Origin: Mustelus asterias
Taxonomy: Eukaryota
Length of the DNA stretch: 64,000 nt
Reading direction: 5' to 3'
NCBI RefSeq assembly: GCF_964213995.1
Contig: NW_027590142.1
Coordinates: 372,001 to 436,000 of the forward strand
A model generated the notes under the pieces. It was not told the origin of the DNA, made no database searches, and saw nothing but the letters and a program-made list of their open reading frames with translations. A program made the position numbers and the translations under genes. Below are positions 25,526 through 37,730 of this stretch, one piece after another. Position 1 is the first letter of the stretch; each line of letters starts with the position of its first letter.

Positions 25526-28245
25526 AAACAAATAACAGATGCATGTAAAAATGGAACAGCAATAATCATGGGGGATTTTAACCTCCATATTGATTGGTCA
25601 ACTCAAGTCGGACACGGTGGACTTGAGGAAGAGTTCTTAGAATGCCGTCACGATAGTTTCCTCGAACAGTATGTTACAGAACCTATGAGGGAGCAAACTA
25701 TCTTGGATCTGGTCCTGTGTAATGAGACAGGTAAAGTTAATGATCTCCTTGTGAGGGATCCTCTTGGAATGAGTGATCACAGTATGGTTGAATTTCTAAT
25801 ACAGATGGAGGGTGAGAAGTACCGTCCCAAACCAGTGTCCTCTGCTTGAACAAGGGGGATTACAAAAGGATGAGGGCGGAGTTGGCGAATGTAGACTGGG
25901 AACACAGACTAATTGGTGGGACAGTTGAGGAACAGTGGATGATTTTTAAGGAGATTTTTCTCAGTACTCAGCAAAAATATATTCCAGTGCAAAAGAAGGA
26001 ATGTAAGAAAAGGGATAACCAGCCATGGATAACCAAGGAAATAAAGGATAGTATCAAATTAAAAACAAATGCATACAGAGTGGCCAAAATTAGTGGCGAA
26101 CGAGAAGATTGGGAAAGCTTTAAAAAACAACAAAGAGCTACTAAGAAAGCAAGAAAGAAAGGAAAGATAGATTATGAAAGCAAACTAGCACAAAATATAA
26201 AAACTGATAGTAAAGGTTTTTACAAACATATAAAACGGAAAAGAGTGGCTGAAGTAAATGTTGGTCCCTTAGAAGATGAGAAGGGGGATTTAATAATAGG
26301 AAACTAGGAAATGGCCGAGGCCTTAAACAAGGTTTTTGTGTCGGGTCTTCACAGTGGAGGACACAAATAGCTGACCAATAATTGACGGTCATGGGACTGT
26401 CGGGAGTGAGGACCTTAAAACGATCACTATTACTAAAGAGGTAGTGCTGGGTCGGCTAATGGGACTAAAGGTACACAAGTCCCCTGGTCCGGATGGAATG
26501 CATCCCAGGGTACTAAAAGAAACGGCAGAAGAAATAGCAAATGCATTAGTTGTAATTTATCAAAATTCACTGGACTCTGGGGAGGTGCCAGCTGATTGGA
26601 AAACAGCTAATGTAACGCCACTGTTTAAAAAATGAGGTAGACAAAACGCAGGTAACTACAGGCCGGTTAGGTTAACATCCGTAGTTGGAAAAATGCTGGA
26701 ATCTATCATTAAGGAAGAAATAGCAGGACACCTGGAAAAGAATGGTTTAATCAAGCAGACGCAGCATGGATTCATGAAGGGAAAGTCATGTTTGACTAAT
26801 TTACTGGAATTTGTTGAGGATATAACGAGTGCGGTTGACAGAGGGGAACCGGTGGATGTGGTGTATTTAGATTTCCAGAAGGCATTCGATGAGGTGCCTC
26901 ACAAAAGATAAAGGTACACGGAGTTGGGGGTAAAGTGTTAGCGTGGATTGAGGATTGGCTATCGAACAAATGATGTGGAGATGCCGGCGTTGGACTGGGG
27001 TGAAGACATTAAGACTTTTAACAATACCAGGTTAAAGTCCAACAGGTTTATTTGGTGCCCGAAGGAGCAGCGCTCCGAAAGCTTATGGTATTTGCTACCA
27101 AATAAACCTGTTGGACTTTACCCTGGTGTTGTTAAAACTCTTACTGTATCTAACAGAAAGCAGAGAGTCGGAATATATGGGTGCTTTTCCGGTTGGCAAT
27201 CAGTGACTAGTGGCATGCCGCAGGGATCGGTGCTGGGGCCTCAACTATTTACCATATACATAGACGGTCTGGAGGAGGGGACCGAGTGTAGGGTAATAAA
27301 GTTTGCGGATGACACAAAGATGAGTGGGAAAGCAAATTGCGTGGAGGACACAGAAAGTCTGCAGAGTGATTTGGATAGGCTAAGTGAGTGCGCAAGGATC
27401 TGGCAGATGGAGTATAACGTTGGTAAGTGTGAGGTTATCCACTTTGGAAGGAATAATAGTAAAATGGACTATTACTTAAACGGTGAAAAATTACAAAATG
27501 GTACTGTGCAGAGGGACCTGGGGGTTCTTGTGTATGAATCACAAAAACTCAGTTTACAGGTGCAGCAGGTAAACAAGAAGGCAAATGGAACGTTGGCCTT
27601 TATCGCGAGAGGGATGGAGTATCAAAACAGGGAGGTCATGCTGCAACTGTATAGGGTACTGGTGAGGCTGCACCTAGAATACTGTGTACAATTTTGGTCC
27701 CCTCATTTAAGAAAGGATATATTAGCTTTGGAGGGGGTACAGAGAAGGTTCACCAGGTTGATTCCGGAGATGAGGGGGTTAGCTTATGAGGAGAGATTGA
27801 GTAGACTGGGCCTGTACTCATTGGAGTTTAGAAGGTTGAGGGGAGATCTTATAGAGACATATAAGATAATGAAGGGGCTAGACAGGGTAGAAGCAGCGAG
27901 GTTATTTCCACTTACTAAGGAAACAAGAACTAGGGGGCATAGCCTCAAAATACAGGGGAGTCAATTTAGAACAGAGTTGAGGAGGAACTTCTTCTCCGAG
28001 AGTGTAGTGAATCTTTGGAATTCTCTGCCCAATGAAGCAGTAGAGTCTACCTCGTTAAATGTGTTTAAGTCACAGATGGATAGATTTTTAACCATTAAGG
28101 GAATTAAGGGTTATGGGAAGCGGGCGGGTAAGTGGAACTGAACCCACTATCCGATCAGCCATGATCTTATTGAATGGCGGAGTAGGCTTGAGGGGCTAGA
28201 TGGCCGACCCCGGCTCCTATTTCTTATGTTCTTATGTTCGTATGT
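25526..28245 (+). mobile_element. Nested CR1 (partial APE endonuclease plus RT, frameshifted)
   Basis: IMGDFN, SDH, GPDGMHPRVLKE, QGSVLGP, FADD motifs over several ORFs; (TTCTTATG)n tail. Confidence 0.9.
26969..27146. mobile_element. Penelope-like hairpin insertion
   Basis: Inverted arms AAAGTCCAACAGGTTTATTTGG / CCAAATAAACCTGTTGGACTTT around GAAGGAGCAGCGCTCCGAAA; TATC(G/T)AACA target duplication. Confidence 0.75.
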
Positions 28246-29651
28246 AGCTATGAGGTGAGATTGAGTAAACTAGGGTTATTCTCCCTGGAAAGACGGAGGT
28301 TGAGGGGCGACCTAATAGAAGTTTATAAAATTATGAAGGGCATAGATAGGGTGAACAGTTGGAAGCTTTTTCCCAGGTCAGAAATGACAAACACAAGAGG
28401 TCACAAGTTCAAGTTAAGGGGGACAAGGTTCAATCCAGATATGCAGTGGACGTTCTTTACACAGAGGGTGGTGGGGGCCTGGGATGCACTACCAAGCAAG
28501 GTGGTTGAGACAGACACGCTAGGATCATTTCAGACTTATCTAGATAGCCACATGAACAGACTGGGAATAGAGGGATACAAGCGGATGGTCCAGTTAGGAA
28601 CACATGATCGGTGCAGACTTGGAGGGCCGAAGGGCCTGTTCCTGTGCTGTATTGTTCTTTGTTCTTTATTTGTTCTTTGTAAACTGCTCAGCTCTAAGGG
28701 AACCAAACTCAGCTTTCAGCTGTTCTGATAGTGCAGCTCATACATGATTAACGTCAAGATCGATAAGACCTTCTATCCCGCGTGCTTACTGATGTCATTT
28801 TAGGAATTGATGGAACTTTTGGATGGATTCCCATTAATCATTGTCATTATGTCAGCATAAGATTCCAGGCTGGGAGAAGACTTGCTTCTGACAATTAAAT
28901 GCCAACAACATATACATAGTCGTATGTTGAATTAACAGAGACAGTCTCTGATGTAATGTAAAGAGAAAAATTCTGTGTAATATAAAAAGAGATGGGATCA
29001 GATGTAATAGAAACAGATCCGTGGTCTACTCTCGTACTAATTGAGAGGACCTAATGCAGCATAAATAGAGGGATGGCCTCATAACGAGTGTAGTATAACG
29101 AGAGAAATGACCGCATGTAGCATAAATTCATACTACATTCGGTCATTTCTCTCGTTCTGCTACACTAGGCCATTACAAATTAAAAATTCCAAATTTGGAA
29201 ATTTCAAATTCCAAACTACAAATTCATTACAAATGAATTTATTCTATACATGTAACCTACGTGTCTGCGTGGGTTTCCTCCAGTTACTCCATTTTCCTCC
29301 CACTTTCGGAAATACGCACTGTTTAGGTGCATTGACCCGAACAGCCGCTGGACTGTGGTGACTAGAGAAATTTCACAGTAACGTAATTGCAGTGTTAATG
29401 TAAGCCTTACTTGTGAGTAATAAATAAACTTTGTATAGTGTAGTATTGGACACAGATTTTCAGACTGTGGGCACACTGAGCTGAATGTCATCATGTCAAA
29501 ACACAAATTATGGCCAGTTAACAGTCTAATCTCAGTGGAATCCGCATAAGTTTTGAGTCAAACGGTAATGTGTTCAATTCCCACAACAGACACCTGAGCT
29601 CGTGATCCAACCTGTGACCCAGTGCTGAATATTCAGTTTTCCATTATTAGA

Positions 29652-30745
29652 TAGAACAAAGAACAACGAACAATACAGCACAGGAACAGGCCCTTCGGCC
29701 CTCCAAGCCCGTGCCGCTCCCTAGTCCAAACTAGACCATTCTTTTGTATCCCTCCATTCCCACTCCGTTCATATGGCTGTCTAGATAAGTCTTAAACGTT
29801 CCCAGTGTGTTCGCCTCCAGCACCTTGCCTGGGAGCGCATTCCAGGCCCCCACCACCCTCTGTGTAAAATATGTCCTTCTGATATCTGTGTTAAACCTCC
29901 CCCCACCCCCCCCCCTTCACCTTGAACCTATGACCCCTCGTGAACGTCACCACCGACCTGGGGAAAAGCTTCCCAGCGTTCACCCTATCTATGCCTTTCA
30001 TAATTTAATACACCTCTATTAAGTCTCCCCTCATCCTCCGTCTTTCCAGGGAGAACAACCCCAGTTTACCCAATCTCTCCTCATAACTAAGCCCCTCCAT
30101 ACCAGGCAACATCCTGGTAAGCCTCCTCTGTACTCTCTCCAAAGCCTCCACGTCCTTCTGGTAGTGTGGCGACCAGAACTGGACGCAGTATTCCAGATGC
30201 GGCCGAACCAACGTTCTATACATCTGCAACATCAGACCCCAACTTCTATACTCTATGCCCCGTCCTATAAAGGCAAGCATGCCATATGCCATCTTCACCA
30301 CCCTTTCCACCTGTGACGTCACCTTCAAGGATCTGTGGACTTGCACACCCATGTCCCTCTGCGTATCTACACCCTTTATGGTTCTGCCATTTATCGTATA
30401 GCTCCTCCCTACATTATTTCTACCAAAATGCATCACTTCGCATTCATCAGGATTGAACTCCATCTGCCATTTCTTTGCCCAAATTTCCAGCCTATCTATA
30501 TCCTGCTGTAGCTTCTGACAATGCTCCTCACTATCTGCAAGTCCTGCCAATTTTGTGTCGTCCGCAAACTTACTGATCACCCCAGTTACACCTTCTTCCA
30601 GACCGTTTATATAAATCACAAACAGCAGAGGTCCCAATACAGAGCCCTGCGGAACACCACTAGTCACAGGCCTCCAGCCAGAAAAAGACCCTTCCACTAC
30701 CATCCTCTGTCTTCTGTGACCAAACCAGTTCTCCACCCATCTAGC
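29652..30745 (-). mobile_element. CR1 LINE 3' fragment
   Basis: ORF 30005-30736 RT motifs; (TTCTTTG)n tail. Confidence 0.9.
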
Positions 30746-31099
30746 CCATCTAGATGTGATGATATTTCAGTCTAAGGGGTAGTACAGCAATATCGTTATT
30801 AAGCGAGCATTCCAAAAGCTTGAAGTAATGGTCTGGGGACAGGAGTTCCAATTCCAACCTGGCAGCTGAGGAATTTCAATTCACTTAATTGATTATGCTG
30901 AAACAAACATCATGTATATTTAAAGTTTAAAGGTTTAAAGTGTATTTATTCGTCACAAGTAGGCTTACATTCAAAATGTAATGAAGTTACTGTGAAAATC
31001 TTATGTCGTCAAAGCTCATCTTCTTCTCGAATGTCGTTCAGGAGAGGAAATTTTACTTCTTAGTTCTAAGATATATAAAATTACAGAAGAAGCAACAAA

Positions 31100-33692
31100 C
31101 CTGAGGTTTAGGACCGTTTTAGAATTCAACAAAAGAAGACCAAATGATCGCGGGGGGAAATAGAGTATGAGAGTAAAATAGCAGGGAACATAGAAACTAA
31201 TTGTAAAAGCTTCTATGAATATCTGAAGAGACAAAGATTAGTAAAGACAAATGTAGTACCTTACAGTCAGAATCCAGGGAAATTATAATGGGGAACAAAG
31301 AAATGTTGGGTGAATAGAACACAAAGTTTGACACCACCTTCTCAAAAGAGGACACACATATCCTCCCAGAAATGTTAGGGAACCAAGGGGCTAGTTGGAA
31401 GGCGGCATTGCTGTAAACCAGTATTAGTACGAAAATCGTACTGGGGAAATTAATCGGGTTAAATGCTGATCAATCACTAGGGCTTGATAATCTACATCCC
31501 AGAGTATGAAAGGAAATGGCCCTGAACATATTGGATACATTGGTGGTCATCTTCCAATCTTCTATAAACTCTGGAACAGTTCCTACAGATTGGAGAGTGA
31601 CAAATGTAACCTCAATGTATACAAAGGAAGGGAGAGTAAAAATGATGAATTACAGCCTGACTTTAGTCTCATCGAAGATTTTAGAAACTTATAAAAGACA
31701 TGATAGCAAAACATGTGGAAAGCATTAACGGAATTTGATGAACCCAGCACGGGCTTAATAAATACGTAATTCTTAACAAACCTACTTGCGTTCTTTGAGG
31801 ATGCAAATAATGGGATAGGCAAGGTGGGACCGGTGTACGTGGTGTATTTGCACTTCAAGAAGACATTTGAGATGGTTCTTCATAAAATATCAGGAGGCCA
31901 AATTAAAGCGCAAATGGGGTTAATGTATTGGCATAGGTATGGAATTCGTTGACAGGTAAGAAACTCGAGAGTGGAAATAAATGGGTCATTTTCCGAGTGG
32001 CAGTCAGCGACTCGTGGGGTACCCCAGATCCCAACTTTTTAAATGTATTCATTAGTCACAAGTAGGCTTACGTTAGCACTGCAATGAAGTTACTGTGAAA
32101 ATCCCCGAGTCGCCATATTCCAGCGCCTGTTCGGGTGCACTGAGGGAGAATTTAGCATGGCGTAGCTAATGCACCTAACCAGAAAGTCTTTCAGACTGTG
32201 GGAGGAAACCGGAGCACCCGGAAGAAATCCATATAGACACGGGGAGAATGTGCAGGCTCCGTACAGACAGTGACCCAAGCTGGGAATCGAACCCAGGTCC
32301 CTCGCACTGTACAACTGTGGGATCTGGATGAGGGAATCAAATGTAACATTTTCAAAAGGGTTGGCGATACATAACTGGGCGTAATTGTGAGCTGTGTGAA
32401 GGATGAAGGGGGGCTTCACTGTGATCTGGACAAGTTGAGTGAATGGGTGAACACGTGGCAGATGCAGTACAGGGTGACTAAATGTGCAGTTATATACTGG
32501 TGTGTAAAGCAGAAAGCAACATATATTTGGAAGTGTGATGTAGAAATGGATCTGCGTGTCCTTGTACACCAGTCAATAAAATTGGAGAGGCATGCACAGC
32601 AAACAATTAGGAAGGCCTTCTCTGCACGAAGATTTGAGTTCAGAATTACGGAAGCCTTACTGCAATTATGCCGGGCCTTCCTCGGACCATGCCCGGTGTA
32701 GTGCGTGTAGTTCTGATCTCGATAAATAAGAAAGGGTCTGTGGGGACTACAACTGATACCGGAATTGGTGGGACTGTCCTAGGAAGTGAGGTTGATTCGA
32801 CTGGGCCTGTATTCACTTGACTCACCTGATGAAGGAGCGGTGCTCTGAAAGCTTGTGATTCCAAATAAACCTGTTGGACGTTAACCTGGTGTTGTGAGAC
32901 GACTTACTGTGTTCACCCCATTCCAACGCTGGTATTTCCACCTCATGTATTCACTTGAATTTAGAAGGATGAGAGGACATCTGATCGAAACATATAACAT
33001 TGTGACTGAAACATATAAAACGAGGGTGGCACGGTGGCACAGTGGCGAGCCTCATAGCGCCAGGGACTCGGATATGATTCCCAGCTTGGGCCACTTTCTA
33101 GGCAGAGTCTGCACATTCTCCCCGTGTCTGTGTGGGTTTCCTTCGGGTGCTCCAGTTTCCTCCAACATTCTGAAAGACGTGTTGGTTCGGTGCATTGACC
33201 ATGCTAAATTTTCGCTCAGCGAACCTGAATAGGCGCTGGAGTGTGACAGTAGGGCATTTTCACAGTAACTTCATTGGAGTGTGAATGTATGCCTACCTGT
33301 GACACAAATAATAAATATACATTATGAATAAATAAATAAAGTATAACAGGACTGGACAGGCTAGATGAAGGAAAGATGTTTTCGCTGGTTAGGGAGTCTC
33401 AAACCAGGGATGCAGTTTCAAGACACAGGGTAGCCAATTTAGGATAGAAATGGGGAAAGCTCTCTTCACTTCAGAGGCTAGTGAACCCGCAGAGTGATCT
33501 CGCACAGATGACTGTGGATGACATGTCGCTGCATCTATTCAAGAAATAAATAGATTTGTGATTACATTTTAATGCTACCGAGGGGTGTGGACAGAATGCA
33601 ACAATGTGACCTGGAGATAGGAAACTATCCATGATCATGATGAATGACGGATCAGGTTCGAATGGCCTACTTCGACTCCTAGTTTCTATGTA
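31100..33692 (+). mobile_element. Old degraded CR1 carrying nested V-SINEs (~32048-32305 minus, ~33025-33320 plus) and a Penelope-like insert
   Basis: Decayed RT motifs (IFQSSINSGTVPTDWRVTNV; YSLEFRRMRGHLIETY). Confidence 0.75.
32821..32945 (+). mobile_element. Penelope-like terminal fragment with hammerhead-ribozyme core
   Basis: CTGATGA-AGGAGCGGTGCTCT-GAAA; 13-bp target duplication TGTATTCACTTGA (32808-32820, 32946-32958). Confidence 0.78.
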
Positions 33693-34617
33693 CCTAATGT
33701 TCAGCTAATGTTCTGAGGACCTGGGTTCAAATCCCACCGCGGCAGATCGTGGAATTTGAATTCAATAAAAAATATCTGGAACTAAAAATCACTTGATGAC
33801 TGAGACCATTGTTAATTTTTGCAAAAACCCATCTGGTTCGCTAATGTCCCTTTAGGGAAAGAAATCTACCGACCTGTGCTTGTCTGGCCTACATGTGACT
33901 CCAGAGGCACAGCAATGTGCTTGACTCTCAACAGCCCTCCAAGGGCAACTAAGGATGGGCAAATAATGCTCGTCAGCCAGTGACGCCCAAGTCCCACGAA
34001 TGAATAAAAAAGACTGTGTTTACCCTGTCTGTCCTACATGTGACTCCAGTTCCACAGTGATGAAGCTGACACTTAAATGCCTCTGAGATTTCCGAAATAG
34101 CCATTCAGGTGTTTCAAAGCTGCTGCAGAAAGTCAAGCACAAATAAAACCGACCAGAGGGCAATTATTTTCAAAAAGGTAGCTCAGATCAGCCTTCTCAG
34201 GATGGGCAATTGATGCTGACTTTGTCAGTGATGCCCATATCCAGAGAATGAATAAAACAGTACAAACAGTGTTGTTCCAGAAATCTGACAGAAAAACAAC
34301 AAAAACGGTTGATCAGTGGGCATCAGCAGAGAGTGAAACGGATTCTCATTTCAGGCCGATGGCAGGATGCAAAATCTCGATGATATAATTCTGTAGAACA
34401 GGGCTGTTCTCCCCAGTATCCTGGGCCATTCGTTCTTCACCTAAAATCACAAAATTGCTGTTCCTTTATCACATCTCGGTTTGTGGGAGGCTGCTGTGCC
34501 CCAAATATTTGCTGTATTCCCAATATTACAGTAGTGAATAAATTCAGCGAAAATACATCAGAGAGTTTTAAATGCTTTGGGGCGACCTGAGGTCGGGGAA
34601 ACCGTTATAAAAACGTG

Positions 34618-34977
34618 GGCGGCACGGTGGCCTAGTGAGGCGGCACTGTGGCACAGTGGTTAGCACTGCTGCCTTACATCTCTAGAGCCGTGGTTCGATT
34701 CCCGGCTTGGGTCACTGTCTGTGTGGAGCTCGCACATTCTTCCACATGTCAGCGAGCGTTTCCTCCGGGTGCTCCGGTTTCCTCCCACAGTGCAAAGATG
34801 TACGGGTTAGGTTGATTGGCCATGCTAAATTGACCCTTAGTGCCCCAGGATATGCAGGTTAGCGAGATTAACAGGGTAAATATGTTGGGTTACGGGGATA
34901 GGGCCTGCGTGGGATTTTTGTCGGTGCCGACTCGACGGGCTGAATGGCCTCCTTCTGCACTGTAGGGCTTCTATGTT
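34618..34977 (+). mobile_element. V-SINE with duplicated 5' head
   Basis: GGCGGCACGGTGGC repeated before a typical V-SINE body. Confidence 0.85.
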
Positions 34978-36832
34978 TCCATAAACTCAATGCAAGTTCT
35001 TTCCAAATGTTAACATTAGAAAATGCAAGATTTGATATGTTGAGAGCTCTGAGATTAATGTGATTGTATTCATTCCGCTGCATGTTGTCTTAACTTGTCC
35101 AGTTTAAGTAGATTAAATCATCAATCAAATTGACATTCGGTGGAATACCAATCTGTTCAAATATGTTTCATTTATTGTGACATCAGAATACTCTGAACAA
35201 ATTTTTGATTAGAATGTATCTCTTTATTTGAATTAAATAGCATCTGCTCTAATGGGTATTCACAAAGCTTCTATTCATTTTGAACCAATTGTCAATATAC
35301 TTAAATTAAACAGTTATTTTGAGTTGAAACGAATCAATAAGTGACTGTTTATCTGGTTTTGCTGCCGTGATACTTCATTCTAACCAGTGAGGTGTTTGTG
35401 TAAGTAAACAGTGAAATAGCAATCCCAGAATAAATTTATTGATTGAGGAAAACACAACAAAAACTTCCCCATCAACACAGCACAGAAATAGACAAACATG
35501 CATATAAATCAACGGATTCCAGTCGTGAATGTTTTTTGGACATTTTTCTTCATCTGTTATACGCGCAAAAAAGGCTATGATCATCTCTGTGTTCAAAAGT
35601 AGGAAAGATTCCCTCTAATCTCGAAATATAATGCCACGGCAAATATATTTGTGGAGATTTCCTGTGCTTTATCTCTCCGTGTTTTTCTCCTGTCTGATTC
35701 TGTCTCTTGCTTTGTCTCTCCACGACAGGTCATTGTCAACAACATCAAGTCAAACTCCAGCTAATGTATTCTCTCAGCCATATTAATAGGCTTCTAACTA
35801 AATGGGTCTAATTCAATTAATTGGACAATATCGAGAGAGCTTTTCTCCAAAATGTATATTGGTCATTCCTTGGATCTAACTCGTCCTGTCCCGGCCACCC
35901 AATTGTTTCAATGGACAGCGTAGAGAGAGTTTTACTGTTTCTAAACAGCCTACATTTTCTGGGAATGTATGATTCGGACAGTGGAGATGGAGATACACTT
36001 CGTATCTATCCCGTGCTACACCTGCCTTGGGAGTGTTTAATGTTGCAATGTGGAGGGAGCTTAACATTCGCTACCTAAACACATGCTACACCTGTCCTTG
36101 GAATGTTTGATGGGACACTAGGCCCTGTCTCTATAATGCACTCGTCTGTGATCCTGGTCTGCTGATGTTAAATTAACTAATCTCTGCGTCAGTTTATATT
36201 AAAGAACGTTGTGTCTCTGTTCATATTACACTAGATGTGCTCTCTGTTTATACTAAACTAGATGCTGTCTCTGTTTATATTACACGTCACCATATCTCTG
36301 TTTACATTAAGCTCGACAGTGACTCTGCTTCTATTAATGTCGACCTGTCTCTGTACTAAACTGGATGCGGTCTTAGTTCTGCACTTGACTGTGTCCACGT
36401 TCATTTTATATTGGGCACGGACTCAGTTATTACTGCGCCAGACAAGGTGCAATAATGTGAAAAGTGGCTGGGGGAACACATTTCTCTGCATCCTCCGACA
36501 GACACAACTCTGGGATGGAGACTGGTCTTGGACACTGGAAGAAGTGATATCTGAAATCCAATTCTGCTGACTGCATTGCAAGTAGATATCAACCCTGCGC
36601 TGGATGCACTGTCGATCCAATAGTTTCTGTTTCAGGATCCTGCTGAATACAGATGTTTTTAGCACAGCATATTCATGTATTGTATTATCTCTCCTCCTCA
36701 CAGAACCGTAGAGTAATGCGACCTTAATTCGAACAGAGGCATAATCTAGTGCATTGATAACAGTGACCTGGTCACATTAAATGTAGGCAGAGTCAGGATC
36801 AAATAAACACATACATGGACTGATGCAGCATT

Positions 36833-37286
36833 AAGACCATACCATAAGACATAGTAGCAGAATTAGGCCACTCGGCCCATCGAGACTGCTCCGCCATTCA
36901 ATCATGGCTGATACTTTTCTGATCTTCACTCTCCTGCCTTTTGCCCATAACCCCTGATCCCTTTATTAATCAAGAACCTATCTATCTCTATCTTAAAGAC
37001 ACTCAATGACTTGGCCTCCACAGCCTGCTGTGGCAAAGAGTTCCACAGATTCACCACTCTCTGGCTGAATAAATTTTTCCACATCTCTGTTTTAAAGGAT
37101 CACCCCTTTAGCGCGAGGTTGTGCCCTCTGGTTCTAGCTTTTCCTACGAGGGGAACCATCCTCTCCATGTTCACTCTATCCAGCCCTCGCAGTATCCTGC
37201 AAGTTTCAATAAGATCCCCCCCATCCTTCTAAACTCCATCGAGTACAGACCCAGAGTCCTCAAACGTTCCTCATACGGCAAGTTCT
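36833..37286 (-). mobile_element. CR1 3' fragment
   Basis: Reverse complement of RGDLIET...FFSQRVVNLWNSLPQ-type 3' end. Confidence 0.8.
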
Positions 37287-37439
37287 AACTAAAACAAGAT
37301 CGAGTTAATTTGATGTAATGAACTATTCAAGCAAATACTGTGACCGAACATTTGTAATGTAAGAATGTTGTTTCAGTTTAGTATACGCATGTTGTGATGC
37401 AGTAGGAATTGAGACACAGCCAGATTAAAGTTTTAAAGC

Positions 37440-37730
37440 TTATTCATTAGTGTCACAAGTAGGCTTACATCAACACTGCAATTAAGTTACTGTGAAAATC
37501 CCCTAGTCGCCTGTTCGGGTAGAATTTAGGGGAGAATTTAGCATGGCCAAAATGCACCTAAACAGCACGTCCTTCGGACTGTGGGAGGAAACCGGAGGAC
37601 CCGGATGAAACCCACCCAGACACAGGGAGAACATGCAGACGACACACAGACAGTCACCATAGCTGGGAATTGAAACCGGGTCCCTGGTGCTATCAGGCAG
37701 CAGTGATAACTATTGTGCCACCGTGGCGCC
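37440..37730 (-). mobile_element. V-SINE
   Basis: Same family as 5925-6222. Confidence 0.82.

Larger units (their letters stand above)
24825..28680 (+). mobile_element. CR1 fragment (24825-25525 plus 28246-28680) interrupted by a nested CR1
   Basis: LPGMEGI|SYEVRLSKLGLFSLE is restored when 25526-28245 is removed. Confidence 0.85.

Noticed and set aside
26948-28141. 397-aa ORF with an unusual N-terminus
   Set aside because: Chance read-through of a Penelope-like insert into CR1 RT, not a fusion gene
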